Positions 20,004 through 29,620 of a stretch of DNA of 64,000 bases are shown piece after piece. The position numbers and the translations under genes were made by a program. The notes beneath the pieces were generated by a model that made no database searches, was not told where the DNA came from, and worked only from the letters and a program-made list of their open reading frames with translations. How positions within the stretch are numbered: the first letter of the stretch is position 1; each line of letters starts with the position of its first letter. The stretch comes from an uncultured Planctomycetales bacterium (GTDB lineage: Bacteria > Omnitrophota > Gorgyraeia > Zapsychrales > JANLHA01), in contig CAYYRJ010000007.1 in NCBI GenBank assembly GCA_964474085.1, forward strand, positions 8,001 through 72,000. Direction: 5' to 3'.

Positions 20004-20865
20004 TTAAACTTTTGAAACAACCTGGAATCTCGTCGGTAAAGTCAACGACTTGCACCCCGGCATCTCTTAAAGCGTGGACTTTAGCTTCGGCCGTCGTGTC
20101 ACCACCTGAGATAATCGCGCCTGCATGGCCCATACGCTTGCCTTGCGGCGCTGTCTTGCCGGCGATAAACCCGACAATCGGTTTTTTAATATGCTCTTTA
20201 ATATAGCGGGCCGCCAATTGCTCGTCCTCTCCACCAATCTCGCCAACCATAACAATCCCTTTAGTATCAGGATCCTTTTCAAAAAGTTCCAGTACATCAA
20301 TAAAACGCGTCCCGATAATCGGGTCCCCGCCTAAACCAACACACGTCGACTGACCTATTCCCGCACGGGTCAAATTGTCCACCACTTCGTAAGTCAGCGT
20401 CCCGCTGCGCGAAACAACACCGATAGGCCCTGGCTTATGAATATGGCCTGGCATAATCCCAACCTTTGACTTGCCCGGAGAAATAAGTCCTGGACAATTA
20501 GGACCAATCAAACGAATGTTTGTACCCCGCGCCTTGTCGCTGACCTCAACCATATCCAAAACCGCAATCCCTTCGGTAATACAAATGATCAGTTCAATCC
20601 CTGCAGCAATGTCCTCGAGCATGGCATCTTTTGCAAATTTGGCCGGCACATAAATAACCGCGGTATTAGCCCCCGTCTTGGCCTTGGCCTGGGCCACCGA
20701 ATCAAAAACCGGAATTCCGGCGACATTTTGCCCGCCTTTGCCGGGGGTCACGCCGGCGACAACCGCAGTACCATACTCAAGCATTTTTTGCGCATGAAAC
20801 GACCCATCGCGGCCGGTAATGCCCTGGACCAATAACTTTGTATTTTCGTTAATCAGAATACTCAT
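19999..20865 (-). CDS. sucD: Succinyl-CoA synthetase alpha subunit
   Basis: CoA-binding and ligase-CoA domains are present, with the phosphohistidine region ([11 protein letters not shown]). The start is [18 protein letters not shown] at 20863-20865, 1 nt after the sucC stop. Confidence 0.92.
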   Translation of the reverse strand: MSILINENTKLLVQGITGRDGSFHAQKMLEYGTAVVAGVTPGKGGQNVAGIPVFDSVAQAKAKTGANTAVIYVPAKFAKDAMLEDIAAGIELIICITEGIAVLDMVEVSDKARGTNIRLIGPNCPGLISPGKSKVGIMPGHIHKPGPIGVVSRSGTLTYEVVDNLTRAGIGQSTCVGLGGDPIIGTRFIDVLELFEKDPDTKGIVMVGEIGGEDEQLAARYIKEHIKKPIVGFIAGKTAPQGKRMGHAGAIISGGDTTAEAKVHALRDAGVQVVDFTDEIPGCFKSLS

Positions 20866-20866
20866 C

Positions 20867-22003
20867 TTAAACTTTCTTCGATAATTGAACCGCTTCTTCA
20901 ACGGCGGATCGCATCGTCGGATAACAAATAATCCCGACACTTTTAAGAATATCCTGCGCCTGTTTTTCATTGGTCCCAATCAAACGCACCGCCATCGGGA
21001 TTTGAAAATTCAACTGTTTGCGCGCTTCAATGATTCCGTTGGCAATATCATCACAGCGGGTAATGCCTCCAAAAATATTGATCAAAATCGATTTCACATT
21101 CTTGTTTCGCAAAATAATCCGCAGCGCATTTAAAACTTTGGCCGGATTCGAGCTGCCGCCGACGTCCAAAAAATTCGCCGGCTCTCCACCTAAAAGCTTG
21201 ATCGTATCCATCGTTGCCATCGCCAAGCCCGCACCATTGACGATGCAGCCCACATCGCCGTCCATCTTGACAAAGCTCAAACTCAAATTTTTCGCTTCTG
21301 CTTCATCCGCATCTTCATAAGAAAGGTCCCGCAAATTTTCCAAATCCGCGTGGCGATAAAGCGCATTATCATCAAAATTAATTTTTGCATCCGCCGCACA
21401 CAATCGCCCTTGTGCGTCTTTGACCAAAGGATTAATTTCAGCAATCGAACAGTCCTGACTAAAAAAGACATTGACGAGCTTTTGCAAAATCTCGCCGGCC
21501 AGCTTTTGATCAGCTTCATCTGGAAAAATGGATTTGACAAACTCCGCGAAACGCAAAGGATCAAGAATGCTTTGACCGTTTAAATAAAACTTTTTGATCG
21601 CCTGCGGATTGGTCTTGGCCGTTTCTTCAATGTCAACACCGCCTTCTGCGCTGACAATCAGGACAACATCGGCCTTGATATTATCAATGGCAACCGCTGC
21701 ATAAAACTCTTGTTTAATATCAATGGCAGGAACGATAAATATTTTCTCGACGGGACAGCCTTTAATTTTTAAATCTTTAATGCGGGTAAAATGTTCTTTA
21801 AACTCATTTTCATTTTTGACAACCTTAACACCGCCAGCCTTGCCGCGTCCGCCGACTAAAACCTGGGCCTTAAGAACAACGGGAAATCCCAAACGCCGTG
21901 CAATTTCCAGGCCTTGGGCTAAAACAGAGGCCACTTCCCCGCCGGGCGTCGGGATCCCAGCCTGTCTAAAAATCTGTATCGCTTGATATTCGTGGATTTT
22001 CAT
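20867..22003 (-). CDS. sucC: Succinyl-CoA synthetase beta subunit (ATP-grasp)
   Basis: N-terminus [18 protein letters not shown], an ATP-grasp fold and a C-terminal ligase-CoA domain. Confidence 0.9.
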   Translation of the reverse strand: MKIHEYQAIQIFRQAGIPTPGGEVASVLAQGLEIARRLGFPVVLKAQVLVGGRGKAGGVKVVKNENEFKEHFTRIKDLKIKGCPVEKIFIVPAIDIKQEFYAAVAIDNIKADVVLIVSAEGGVDIEETAKTNPQAIKKFYLNGQSILDPLRFAEFVKSIFPDEADQKLAGEILQKLVNVFFSQDCSIAEINPLVKDAQGRLCAADAKINFDDNALYRHADLENLRDLSYEDADEAEAKNLSLSFVKMDGDVGCIVNGAGLAMATMDTIKLLGGEPANFLDVGGSSNPAKVLNALRIILRNKNVKSILINIFGGITRCDDIANGIIEARKQLNFQIPMAVRLIGTNEKQAQDILKSVGIICYPTMRSAVEEAVQLSKKV

Positions 22004-22028
22004 AGGAAATAATTTTTATTTATTGTCG

Positions 22029-22057
22029 AGCATACACGCTTGAGAAATCATTGTCAA
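22029..22057 (-). promoter_or_regulatory. Sigma-70 consensus promoter for sucCD (-35 TTGACA, 17-nt spacer, -10 TATGCT)
   Basis: On the minus strand: TTGACA at 22052-22057, a 17-nt spacer, and TATGCT at 22029-22034. It is about 25 nt upstream of the sucC ATG. Confidence 0.45.
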
Positions 22058-22066
22058 AAGAAAAGA

Positions 22067-22606
22067 TCACTCTAAATACTCTGCCAATTCCCGTAGAGTT
22101 TTAAGGCCGACCCGGCCATCGGCTTTAAGCCCTTTGGCTTTTTGAAAACTTTGGATCGCTTCCCATGTTTTTTTCCCGGCATAGCCATCAATTTTGCCGG
22201 GGTCAAAGCCCGCAGAGGCAAGCGCCCGCTGAAGGGTCTCGATATCAATTTTACCGTCTTTGATAAGCCCGATGTCCTCGTGAAACTTTAACCTCCCCCA
22301 CGTCGCATAATCGACAAAACGAGTCACTTTAAGGCCATTGTCCTCTTGAAATTTGCCAATCGCAACCCGCGTATTGTTGCCTAATGTTCCATCGGGGGTT
22401 CCTGCCCCGTAGCCATAAATCTTTAAAAAAATCTGCACTTTTTTGACCTGCTCATTTGGCTGCATTGGGAGCGTTTCACCTAAAATCTCTTTTTCCTCTG
22501 CCCCCTCTTTTTGGAGAATCCGATACACAAAATCACAGCCTGAAAATGCAAATAAATACAATAGCGTGACGGTAAAGCAAAAGGAATATTTCTTAAAAAA
22601 CGTCAT
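22067..22606 (-). CDS. Lipoprotein with two peptidoglycan-binding (PG_binding_1) domains
   Basis: Signal peptide with lipobox FSGC. Two repeats match the PGRP-like binding motif (VAIGKFQEDNGLKVTRFVDYATWGRL; WEAIQSFQKAKGLKADGRVGLKTLREL). Confidence 0.65.
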   Translation of the reverse strand: MTFFKKYSFCFTVTLLYLFAFSGCDFVYRILQKEGAEEKEILGETLPMQPNEQVKKVQIFLKIYGYGAGTPDGTLGNNTRVAIGKFQEDNGLKVTRFVDYATWGRLKFHEDIGLIKDGKIDIETLQRALASAGFDPGKIDGYAGKKTWEAIQSFQKAKGLKADGRVGLKTLRELAEYLE

Positions 22607-23121
22607 GGCTTAAGAAGTAACGGTTCAATTTTAGAATAAAATGACCACGACGAATATAAGCCGATATAAATAATATCTCCGGCTTCCTTGCATTTAAACA
22701 AAACTTCGTCGAAATCCGTAATCACAACGCCTGAAGGATTAAAATCCGGCTGTTGCGTTTCACTTTTATACATAATGACTTTGGCCTTAGCCCAGAGCCG
22801 CGACGTAGGGCTGTTTAAGGCGGCATTAATTTTGCGGGCATAATTTCTTGTCCACAAAAAAACGACTTTAACAATTTGCTCGACCGGGCTTCTGGTTATG
22901 CCGTTGATTTCTAAAAAAATAAGGTCTGGATCAAACTCTGACAATGTCGATAACAAAAACTTCTCATCAACAACCCCGCGTGAAACAATCTTTTTTCTCG
23001 TCAGCTGATCAGCCATTTGCTTAACTTGCTTTGGATCGCAACCAAAGACAACCGCACGCAAAGGCTCGGTCCGTTTTTCTAGACCTGGGATTTGAGTCAT
23101 CTCTTGAGAATCGTCATTCAT
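22603..23121 (-). CDS. Degenerate receiver-like (CheY-fold) protein, paralogue A
   Basis: A beta1-alpha1 pattern (LRAVVFGCDPKQVKQMADQL…DPDLIFLEINGITRS) resembles the REC beta3 motif 'PDLIlLDinMP', but the acidic pocket is not conserved. It is paralogous to the upstream ORF, with a 4-nt overlap with the next gene. Confidence 0.5.
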   Translation of the reverse strand: MNDDSQEMTQIPGLEKRTEPLRAVVFGCDPKQVKQMADQLTRKKIVSRGVVDEKFLLSTLSEFDPDLIFLEINGITRSPVEQIVKVVFLWTRNYARKINAALNSPTSRLWAKAKVIMYKSETQQPDFNPSGVVITDFDEVLFKCKEAGDIIYIGLYSSWSFYSKIEPLLLKP

Positions 23122-23638
23122 AAAAGTTTTCCAAAAAAGTCCGAATTTTAGGAATAAATGAAAACGGCGAATATAATCCGATATATTTTACATCCCCTAA
23201 TAGGGAGCAGAGCCGAACAAGTTCGTCGGTATCCGCCATTTCTGCGGCGAGCGAGCCTGTCGCGCTTATTTCGCTGTCACCTTTAAACAAAACAACCTTA
23301 CAATGCTGCCAAAGATATTGGCTGGGCGTATGCAATAGTTTATTGATCGCCCGTGCGCGCGTTCGCATCCACACAAAAATCTCAGACACAATCACCTCAA
23401 GCGATCGGCTCGTCGGGGCGTTAATGTCTATTAAGATCAGTTCCGGATCGACTTGATCAAGCTGCGTAAAAAGTTTTTTTTCATCGTTGACTAACCAGAC
23501 AAGAATATCCTTTTTTTCAAGCTGCTGGATAATCTGCTTTGCAAGCGAATGCTCCATACAAAAAACCAAAACTTTTTTGCGCGCGCCTTGATCTGCGCTT
23601 GGAGCCAGAAAATCTTTGTTTTTATTGATCTTCGGCAT
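23114..23638 (-). CDS. Degenerate receiver-like (CheY-fold) protein, paralogue B
   Basis: KVLVFCMEHSLAKQIIQQLEKKDILVWLV…DPELILIDINAPTSRSLEVIV aligns with the CheY beta1-beta3 region. Its C-terminus YIGLYSPFSFIPKI matches paralogue A (YIGLYSSWSFYSKI). This is a tandem duplication with an 8-nt overlap. Confidence 0.5.
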   Translation of the reverse strand: MPKINKNKDFLAPSADQGARKKVLVFCMEHSLAKQIIQQLEKKDILVWLVNDEKKLFTQLDQVDPELILIDINAPTSRSLEVIVSEIFVWMRTRARAINKLLHTPSQYLWQHCKVVLFKGDSEISATGSLAAEMADTDELVRLCSLLGDVKYIGLYSPFSFIPKIRTFLENFYE

Positions 23639-23664
23639 GCGGCTATCCTAACGCAACTCTTTGT

Positions 23665-24732
23665 TTAGAACCACTTCTTTTTTTTAAAATAAACCACCAT
23701 CCCGACGGAAAGTGCGATCATAAACCCCCAAAGGGCAAAATACGCCCAACTCCATTGCAGCTCCGGCATGACTTTAAAATTCATTCCATAAACTCCAACA
23801 AGGAATGTCAATGGAATAAAAATTGTCGAAAAAATCGTCAATATTTTCATGACTTCATTTAAACGCGTGCTGACAAAAGAAAGATAAATATCCTGCAACC
23901 CGCTTAAAATATCACGAAACGACTCAACGGTGTCAATGACCTGCACGGCATGGTCGTAAAGATCGCGAAAAAAAGGCTCGCTGGTCTTTTCAATGAGGAC
24001 CGATTCACAATGCGCCAATTCAAAAAGAAGCTCGCGAAGCGGCCAAACTTGTTTTCGCAAATAAATCATGTCGCGCTTTAAGTGGTGAATCTGACGAGGA
24101 ACGCTGGTTTTTGGATCCACTAAAAGGATCTCTTCAACCTCTTCGATCTTGTCACCCAATTTTTCTAAAACCAAAAAGTAATGGTCGACAACCGCATCCA
24201 TAAGCGAATAAACCAGATAATCTCCCTTAGCTTTGCGAATGCGCCCTTTACCGTCGCGAATACGCTGGCGGACAACCTCAAACACATCGCGCCCGGCTTC
24301 TTCTTGAAATGAAATGATATAATTGGCTCCTAAAATCAAACTCACCTGTTCGGAGACGACTTCTTCTTTTTCGACGCACGGATAAATCATTTTGAAAACA
24401 ATAAAAATATAGTCCTCAAAATCTTCCATTTTAGGACGTTGATTCGTATTGACGATATCTTCCAGCACCAAGGCATCGATGCCAAAGATAGCACCGATCT
24501 GGGAAATCGTTTCCACATCGTGCAAACCGTCAACATTTATCCAAGTCATCCTCTGGCTATCTTTAGGATGGCTAAGATTTTCTAATTGTGTAATCACGCT
24601 TTCCTGATAATGCAGAGCGTCATATTCAAAAGATGTGATCTTGATATCCGACGAAACTTTTTTCCCAATATGGACCAAAGTCCCGGGCGCAAGCCCTAAC
24701 TTTTTGGAAACTTTCTTGATATAGCGCGACAT
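23665..24732 (-). CDS. corA: Magnesium/cobalt transporter CorA
   Basis: C-terminal two-TM region with the YGMNF signature (GMN motif) and a cytoplasmic N-terminal domain. Confidence 0.88.
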   Translation of the reverse strand: MSRYIKKVSKKLGLAPGTLVHIGKKVSSDIKITSFEYDALHYQESVITQLENLSHPKDSQRMTWINVDGLHDVETISQIGAIFGIDALVLEDIVNTNQRPKMEDFEDYIFIVFKMIYPCVEKEEVVSEQVSLILGANYIISFQEEAGRDVFEVVRQRIRDGKGRIRKAKGDYLVYSLMDAVVDHYFLVLEKLGDKIEEVEEILLVDPKTSVPRQIHHLKRDMIYLRKQVWPLRELLFELAHCESVLIEKTSEPFFRDLYDHAVQVIDTVESFRDILSGLQDIYLSFVSTRLNEVMKILTIFSTIFIPLTFLVGVYGMNFKVMPELQWSWAYFALWGFMIALSVGMVVYFKKKKWF

Positions 24733-24755
24733 CCCTTACCGTCCCTTCCCTAAAA

Positions 24756-26054
24756 TCAAAACTGTGTTTTATATTTCAACATGATCTTTTCTTCAGGTTT
24801 AAACGAATCCGGCAATTGTTGCTGATTATGAAACTGATAAAGTTCTTTATCTACCTCGACGGAAATTCTGGAATTGAGTTTCAACTCTGCCCCCAGAGTA
24901 TGCTTCAAATCCGAAGTTTGCGGATGATCAAAACCTTTTTGCTCGACTTGATAGCCGACGTCCAAAAAGTCGGTGACCTCTTTTTTGACCCCAAAGCCAG
25001 CAACATCTTTATCATAAATAATCGAAACATCCTTGATCCCCAACTTTTGAGCAAGCCGTCCGCCCTCGCCGCCTAACAAAAAATAATCGATAAGGTCTTT
25101 GGCCAAATCCGGCGTAAGGCGCTTTTCTTCGACGGATGTCTGAATAACTTCCAAATTTTTTCCAGTCAAAAACATAAGCATCAAAACCTCTTGGGCTAAA
25201 GGCGGGCTGGAACTAAATTGCCATTGCGGTGACTGCGGCGTGCCCGTCAAGATAACATCAATGAAGACTTTGCTAATAGCGGCATTTGCCTTGATATCAA
25301 AAATTGGTTTTATAAAACTTCCCGAAAAAAAGAGTTTGCTTTTTTCTAACTTAAGAAGCGCGTTCTTTGTTTTGACCTTGCCCTGATCGACCCGCAATTC
25401 CCCCGATGGACCATACCCGCCGGGCGCAGTGCGAAAAACGAGATCCAAATCCCCAGGCGCCTGCAAAATCACAAACTTAGGCATCGCCAATTCTTCAATC
25501 ACAAAAGCCCCTTTAACATTGAGTGCCGAAATCGGCCCTTGCAAATCCAAATCGATGTTCCTGATCACTCCTTTTGGATTGCTCTCAATTTTGCGCGGCA
25601 GAAGGCTTAAGACCTCTTCAATGGAAATATTGCTCGAATAAACATTCGCCGAAACCTCACCCTTTTGATAATGGCCTGAAAAAACAATCGGATCACTATA
25701 CGGCATAAACAGCCGTATGTTTTCAAAATCGATTTGCGCATCATACGGATTAAGCGATGTCATCTTGATCGTCAGCCGCTGAACACGAATAACCGTTCCG
25801 ACGGGAAACCATTTTAAATCTTTAAATTCAACCTGATTAAAAGTCAACTGGTCTGACAAGCCCGCATCGACCCCTCCAACCTCGATGTTGTCAGCGGCAA
25901 TAAAATCCGGCAAAAACTGCTTACTGATCAAACGCAAACCTGTTCGTGTTGACGTCAAAAACAGGATGATGCCGATAAAAATAAAAACAAAAACAGCAAA
26001 CCCCAGAAAAAACTTCTGGTATTTTTTTGTTTTCTTTGATTTTTTATTGCGCAT
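24756..26054 (-). CDS. Hypothetical membrane-anchored protein (N-terminal TM helix, beta-rich extracytoplasmic body)
   Basis: A Lys-rich N-terminus and a single TM (FFLGFAVFVFIFIGIILFL) are present, with no recognisable catalytic motif. It overlaps the YkgJ gene by 11 nt. Confidence 0.4.
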   Translation of the reverse strand: MRNKKSKKTKKYQKFFLGFAVFVFIFIGIILFLTSTRTGLRLISKQFLPDFIAADNIEVGGVDAGLSDQLTFNQVEFKDLKWFPVGTVIRVQRLTIKMTSLNPYDAQIDFENIRLFMPYSDPIVFSGHYQKGEVSANVYSSNISIEEVLSLLPRKIESNPKGVIRNIDLDLQGPISALNVKGAFVIEELAMPKFVILQAPGDLDLVFRTAPGGYGPSGELRVDQGKVKTKNALLKLEKSKLFFSGSFIKPIFDIKANAAISKVFIDVILTGTPQSPQWQFSSSPPLAQEVLMLMFLTGKNLEVIQTSVEEKRLTPDLAKDLIDYFLLGGEGGRLAQKLGIKDVSIIYDKDVAGFGVKKEVTDFLDVGYQVEQKGFDHPQTSDLKHTLGAELKLNSRISVEVDKELYQFHNQQQLPDSFKPEEKIMLKYKTQF

Positions 26055-26625
26055 TTAATAATCCGATTTTTTCTATCGCAATTCTGACGGCGGTATTAAT
26101 AGAAAATTGTTCTATACCTAAATGAGGCTCAATAGTCAAAAGCTGCATTGTGTACTCGCGCATAAGAGGGCTGATGATTTTTCCTTGATCTAAATTCTCA
26201 ACAACCTGTTGGTATTCTTTAGCGCAATACGATTTCATCGTCGGGCAAGTCACCAATTGAGGCTTAAGATATTTGTCCTGTTTAGCCGCATAGCCAAAAA
26301 GCCGGCAAATTAAAGGACGCCACGGATAAACACTGCAGCGACCATTGCCGCTTTTTAAAGGATTAGGCTCATAAAAAACACACACACCGCAACCAGACTC
26401 CCCTATCTTTGAAAGGATCCTTGTCGCGCTCTCATTTTGCCACAGTTGACCGGCCAAAGGAAGGACTTCTAAAACACTACAAAAAATATTGGGATTCTCA
26501 CAGCAGCGGCCGCAACCGCTTGGACATCGCAGATTACTTACGGCTTTAAATTCCTCGATTTTTTGATCGAGCTTTTCATAAAGCCTTAAAACGTCGTCGC
26601 TTGTCTGAGTTAAGTAGGCCGTCAT
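26044..26625 (-). CDS. YkgJ/UPF0153 family zinc- or iron-chelating CxxCxxCC protein
   Basis: The CPSGCGRCCE motif (CxxCxxCC) is the family signature, and additional Cys residues are present (CGVC, C…C). Confidence 0.65.
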   Translation of the reverse strand: MTAYLTQTSDDVLRLYEKLDQKIEEFKAVSNLRCPSGCGRCCENPNIFCSVLEVLPLAGQLWQNESATRILSKIGESGCGVCVFYEPNPLKSGNGRCSVYPWRPLICRLFGYAAKQDKYLKPQLVTCPTMKSYCAKEYQQVVENLDQGKIISPLMREYTMQLLTIEPHLGIEQFSINTAVRIAIEKIGLLNAQ

Positions 26626-26649
26626 GACTATCTTTTAAAAAATATTTTT

Positions 26650-26979
26650 CTACCATTTTTTAAAAACAAAGAATACCGCCACAACCATAAAGAAAAATCC
26701 GACCAGATAATTCCACTTAAGATCTTCTTTTAAATATAAAACCGAAAACACACAAAAAACGACGAGCGTAATGACTTCCTGCATCGTTTTAAGCTGCGCG
26801 GCGCTAAACTGCCCGTGGCCAAAACGATTGGCCGGTACCTGAAAACAATACTCGGCAAAAGCAATCAGCCAACTAATTAAAATCACCTTTAATAAAGGCG
26901 AGCTTTTATATTTTAAATGGCCGTACCAAGCTATCGTCATAAAAACATTGGAAACAATGAGCAAAAGAATTGTCGCCAT
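26650..26979 (-). CDS. Small DMT-superfamily-like membrane protein (DUF486-like, 4 TM)
   Basis: 109 aa with four hydrophobic helices and a size and pattern typical of DUF486/DMT_6. Confidence 0.45.
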   Translation of the reverse strand: MATILLLIVSNVFMTIAWYGHLKYKSSPLLKVILISWLIAFAEYCFQVPANRFGHGQFSAAQLKTMQEVITLVVFCVFSVLYLKEDLKWNYLVGFFFMVVAVFFVFKKW

Positions 26980-26988
26980 ATCAATACT

Positions 26989-27639
26989 TTAGGCTTTATC
27001 GCCAAAGTCCATTTCGTTTTCCGCAATGCCGCTTCGGCCAATTACCTGCGGCCCAATAATTCCGCCGGAGATGACCGCCTTCATCGCCTCGTCGATCGTC
27101 CAGTTCGGGTCGATAGTGTCTTCTTCCTTGACATGCAGCAAAAACCCCGACGTCGGATTCGGAACTGTCGGCAAAAAAAGCTTGATCCATTTCCCATTTC
27201 TGGCGGGGTCCTCGACCTCACCGGTCACAAAACCGATTAGCCACTGGCCTTCTCGGAACCCTTCGACCAGCAAAGCCTTGCGAAAAACCTGTTTCTCCGG
27301 CAAAGAAAACGCCATCGAAACCTGTTTGCCAACCTGATAGGTCGTTTTTAAGATTGGAATCCGCGAGGTGATCCCCTCGATAATCCGAAAAAACCTGCGA
27401 CCAATAACATTGCTGGCCAAAAGGCCCAAAAAATACAAAATGACAAGCACCAGCACAATCCCCAATCCCGGCCCAACAATATGATACCCGGTCCACGACT
27501 CAATGCTGTCTCTGACCCGTCGGTCAACCATCACATAAATAAACTTGATTGCTAAATACGACAAAAACAACGGGATCGAAGCCAGAAGGCCGCGAAACAC
27601 AAAACTCATAAAATGTTCAAGCAATGTTGGTTTTTTCAT
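26989..27639 (-). CDS. DUF502 family membrane protein
   Basis: Two N-terminal TM helices plus the conserved PNPTSGF motif (…LPTVPNPTSGFLLHV…) diagnostic of DUF502. Confidence 0.65.
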   Translation of the reverse strand: MKKPTLLEHFMSFVFRGLLASIPLFLSYLAIKFIYVMVDRRVRDSIESWTGYHIVGPGLGIVLVLVILYFLGLLASNVIGRRFFRIIEGITSRIPILKTTYQVGKQVSMAFSLPEKQVFRKALLVEGFREGQWLIGFVTGEVEDPARNGKWIKLFLPTVPNPTSGFLLHVKEEDTIDPNWTIDEAMKAVISGGIIGPQVIGRSGIAENEMDFGDKA

Positions 27640-27758
27640 AAGCTCCCTTTGGCTAAAAAATTATTTATGTTTCCCGCACAAAACCTTGTTAAAACAAAAC
27701 ACGGTTAAAGCAATCAAAAAACCCCACGAGACAATCAAAAATATCCACCCGCCCGTTG

Positions 27759-29345
27759 TCATAGGATCGCACTCTCTTTTTGTCGATGACGCCAGGCCAC
27801 GCGAATCAGCCCAAGCATCAACAATAGCAACACTATAATCCCGATACGCGCAGAAAGAACATAAATTTTATCTGCCTGCGCAACATTCTTTAACATAAAA
27901 ATCGGACGCCAATCTTGCCAAAACCACACGGCTAAAATAATGAGCAGATACGTCGGCGTCACGTACTTGATAATAAATTTATAAATCCGCGGGACCTTAA
28001 TCATTGACCCCTGATGAAGCAAATCCCAAGACTGATCGATTCCCAGAACCCAGGCAAAAAGAATCGTTTCAATGATCGCAAAGACAATCAAACAAAACGA
28101 CCCGCCCCAAAAATCCATTTCATCAACGATGCCATGCTTTAAAAAGAAAATCGCCGGCTGACAAAGCACAAAAGCAATGCCCGCCAAAAGACCGACTGCT
28201 TTTTTGCGCGTAAACTTAAACTCATCTTCCAAAAAAGCGACAAACGGCTGAGCTAAAGAAACCGAAGAAGTTGCCCCAGCAAGAAACAAAAGAAAAAACC
28301 AACAAAAACTAAAAATTTCGGGCCAAGGCAGATGATTGATCACAAGCGGCATTGTAACAAACCCCAAATTAAAAATCCCCGACTGCGCAATCTGCTGCAT
28401 ATCTGCCGGGCCATAAAAAATAAATGCGACAGGAATAATGATACTTGCCCCTAAAATGACTTCTGCAATTTCATTGGTTGCCGCCGATGTCAATCCAGAC
28501 AAAGCCACGTCATCTTTTTTATTAAGATAACTGGCATAAGTCAAAATAACGCCAATCCCCACACTTAAGGTAAAAAAAATCTGGCCAGCCGCTTCAATCC
28601 AGACTTTCGCTTTTAACAATTGAGAAAAATCCGGGTTCCATAAAAACCCAAAACCCGACGAGACATTCCACTCTGGATGTGCCATGTTCGCTGACCCTAA
28701 GCTCACAACCCGAATAAAAAGCAAAATCCCGCAAATAAACAAAATCGGCAAAGCAATCTTGTTGAGGTTTTCAATTCCTTTGCTAATCCCAAAATAAATA
28801 ACACAAATGTTAACAAGGAAAGTAATTAAGAAAAAAACGTACGCCGTCGTAATCCCCGAAAAATATTGATTGTGCTCAATGCCTTGATAACCGCTTAAGA
28901 AACTCTTCAAAGTCGATTGATCATTGAGAGCACTTAATTTTCCTATCAACGAAAAAAAACTATACCCCAGCGTCCACGACTCGATATACGTGTAATAAAT
29001 AAAAATAAGAAGGGGTCCCAAAATCCCTAAAACGCCTAAATATTTCATGGCGCGGTTATTCGGACGAATACTATGAAAAATCCCCGGCGCTGTTCCATTG
29101 CCCCAGCCGCCACCGTGACGGCCCAAGGTCCACTCAATCCACATTAGCGGGATCCCGATAACCAAAAAGGAAATAAAATATGGAATCATAAACGCCCCGC
29201 CGCCGTTGGCCACAGCCTTGGCAGGAAAGCGTAAAAAATTTCCCAAGCCAATCGCAGAACCAGCGACGGCTAAAATAATACCCAAACGCGAAGACCAGCG
29301 GTCACGCACTCTAGTATGGGAGGCTTTGGATTTAACCTCAGACAT
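27759..29345 (-). CDS. Sodium-dependent transporter, NSS (SNF) family
   Basis: SNF signature at TM1 (RDRWSSRLGIILAVAGSAIGLGNFLRFP), 11-12 TM helices and a conserved GGGAFMIPY motif. Confidence 0.88.
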   Translation of the reverse strand: MSEVKSKASHTRVRDRWSSRLGIILAVAGSAIGLGNFLRFPAKAVANGGGAFMIPYFISFLVIGIPLMWIEWTLGRHGGGWGNGTAPGIFHSIRPNNRAMKYLGVLGILGPLLIFIYYTYIESWTLGYSFFSLIGKLSALNDQSTLKSFLSGYQGIEHNQYFSGITTAYVFFLITFLVNICVIYFGISKGIENLNKIALPILFICGILLFIRVVSLGSANMAHPEWNVSSGFGFLWNPDFSQLLKAKVWIEAAGQIFFTLSVGIGVILTYASYLNKKDDVALSGLTSAATNEIAEVILGASIIIPVAFIFYGPADMQQIAQSGIFNLGFVTMPLVINHLPWPEIFSFCWFFLLFLAGATSSVSLAQPFVAFLEDEFKFTRKKAVGLLAGIAFVLCQPAIFFLKHGIVDEMDFWGGSFCLIVFAIIETILFAWVLGIDQSWDLLHQGSMIKVPRIYKFIIKYVTPTYLLIILAVWFWQDWRPIFMLKNVAQADKIYVLSARIGIIVLLLLMLGLIRVAWRHRQKESAIL

Positions 29346-29365
29346 TGTCGTTTATTTTAAGTAAT

Positions 29366-29415
29366 TGTTAAAAAGGCTGTCGCCCCTTAAAAACAAAAAT
29401 TTACAGAAGCGACAG
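29366..29415 (-). terminator. Hairpin plus U-tract between the small Lys-rich ORF and the NSS transporter gene (terminator or attenuator)
   Basis: On the minus RNA, GGCUGUCGC-(26-nt loop)-GCGACAGCC is followed immediately by UUUUUAAC. It lies 25 nt upstream of the NSS ATG. Confidence 0.4.
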
Positions 29416-29469
29416 CCAAACCAACAGAATTAAGGCAGGAGAATTTTTAAGAACAAAATCCGCGTCAAC

Positions 29470-29565
29470 TTAATGACATCCGCAGGATGAAGACCCACAA
29501 GATGATTTTGCCGCAACTTTTTTCACTGCTTTTTTAACTGGTTTTTTTGCTTTTTTAGTCGCCAT
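29470..29565 (-). CDS. Unlisted 31-aa small ORF encoding the peptide MATKKAKKPVKKAVKKVAAKSSCGSSSCGCH
   Basis: The ATG at 29563-29565 is preceded by AAAAGGAGAAAAAAC (strong Shine-Dalgarno). It is below the 60-aa cut-off of the ORF track. The peptide has 9 Lys in the first 20 residues and a C-terminal CGSSSCGCH. Confidence 0.45.
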   Translation of the reverse strand: MATKKAKKPVKKAVKKVAAKSSCGSSSCGCH

Positions 29566-29620
29566 GTTTTTTCTCCTTTTAAAAAATACAAATCTTGGTA
29601 ACGAAAATTAACAGTGTTGC

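Noticed and set aside
19925-20206. Plus-strand 93-aa ORF starting inside repeat copy 2
   Set aside because: It is antisense to sucD and initiates at TTG within the repeat hairpin. It is an artefact of the open reverse frame of sucD.
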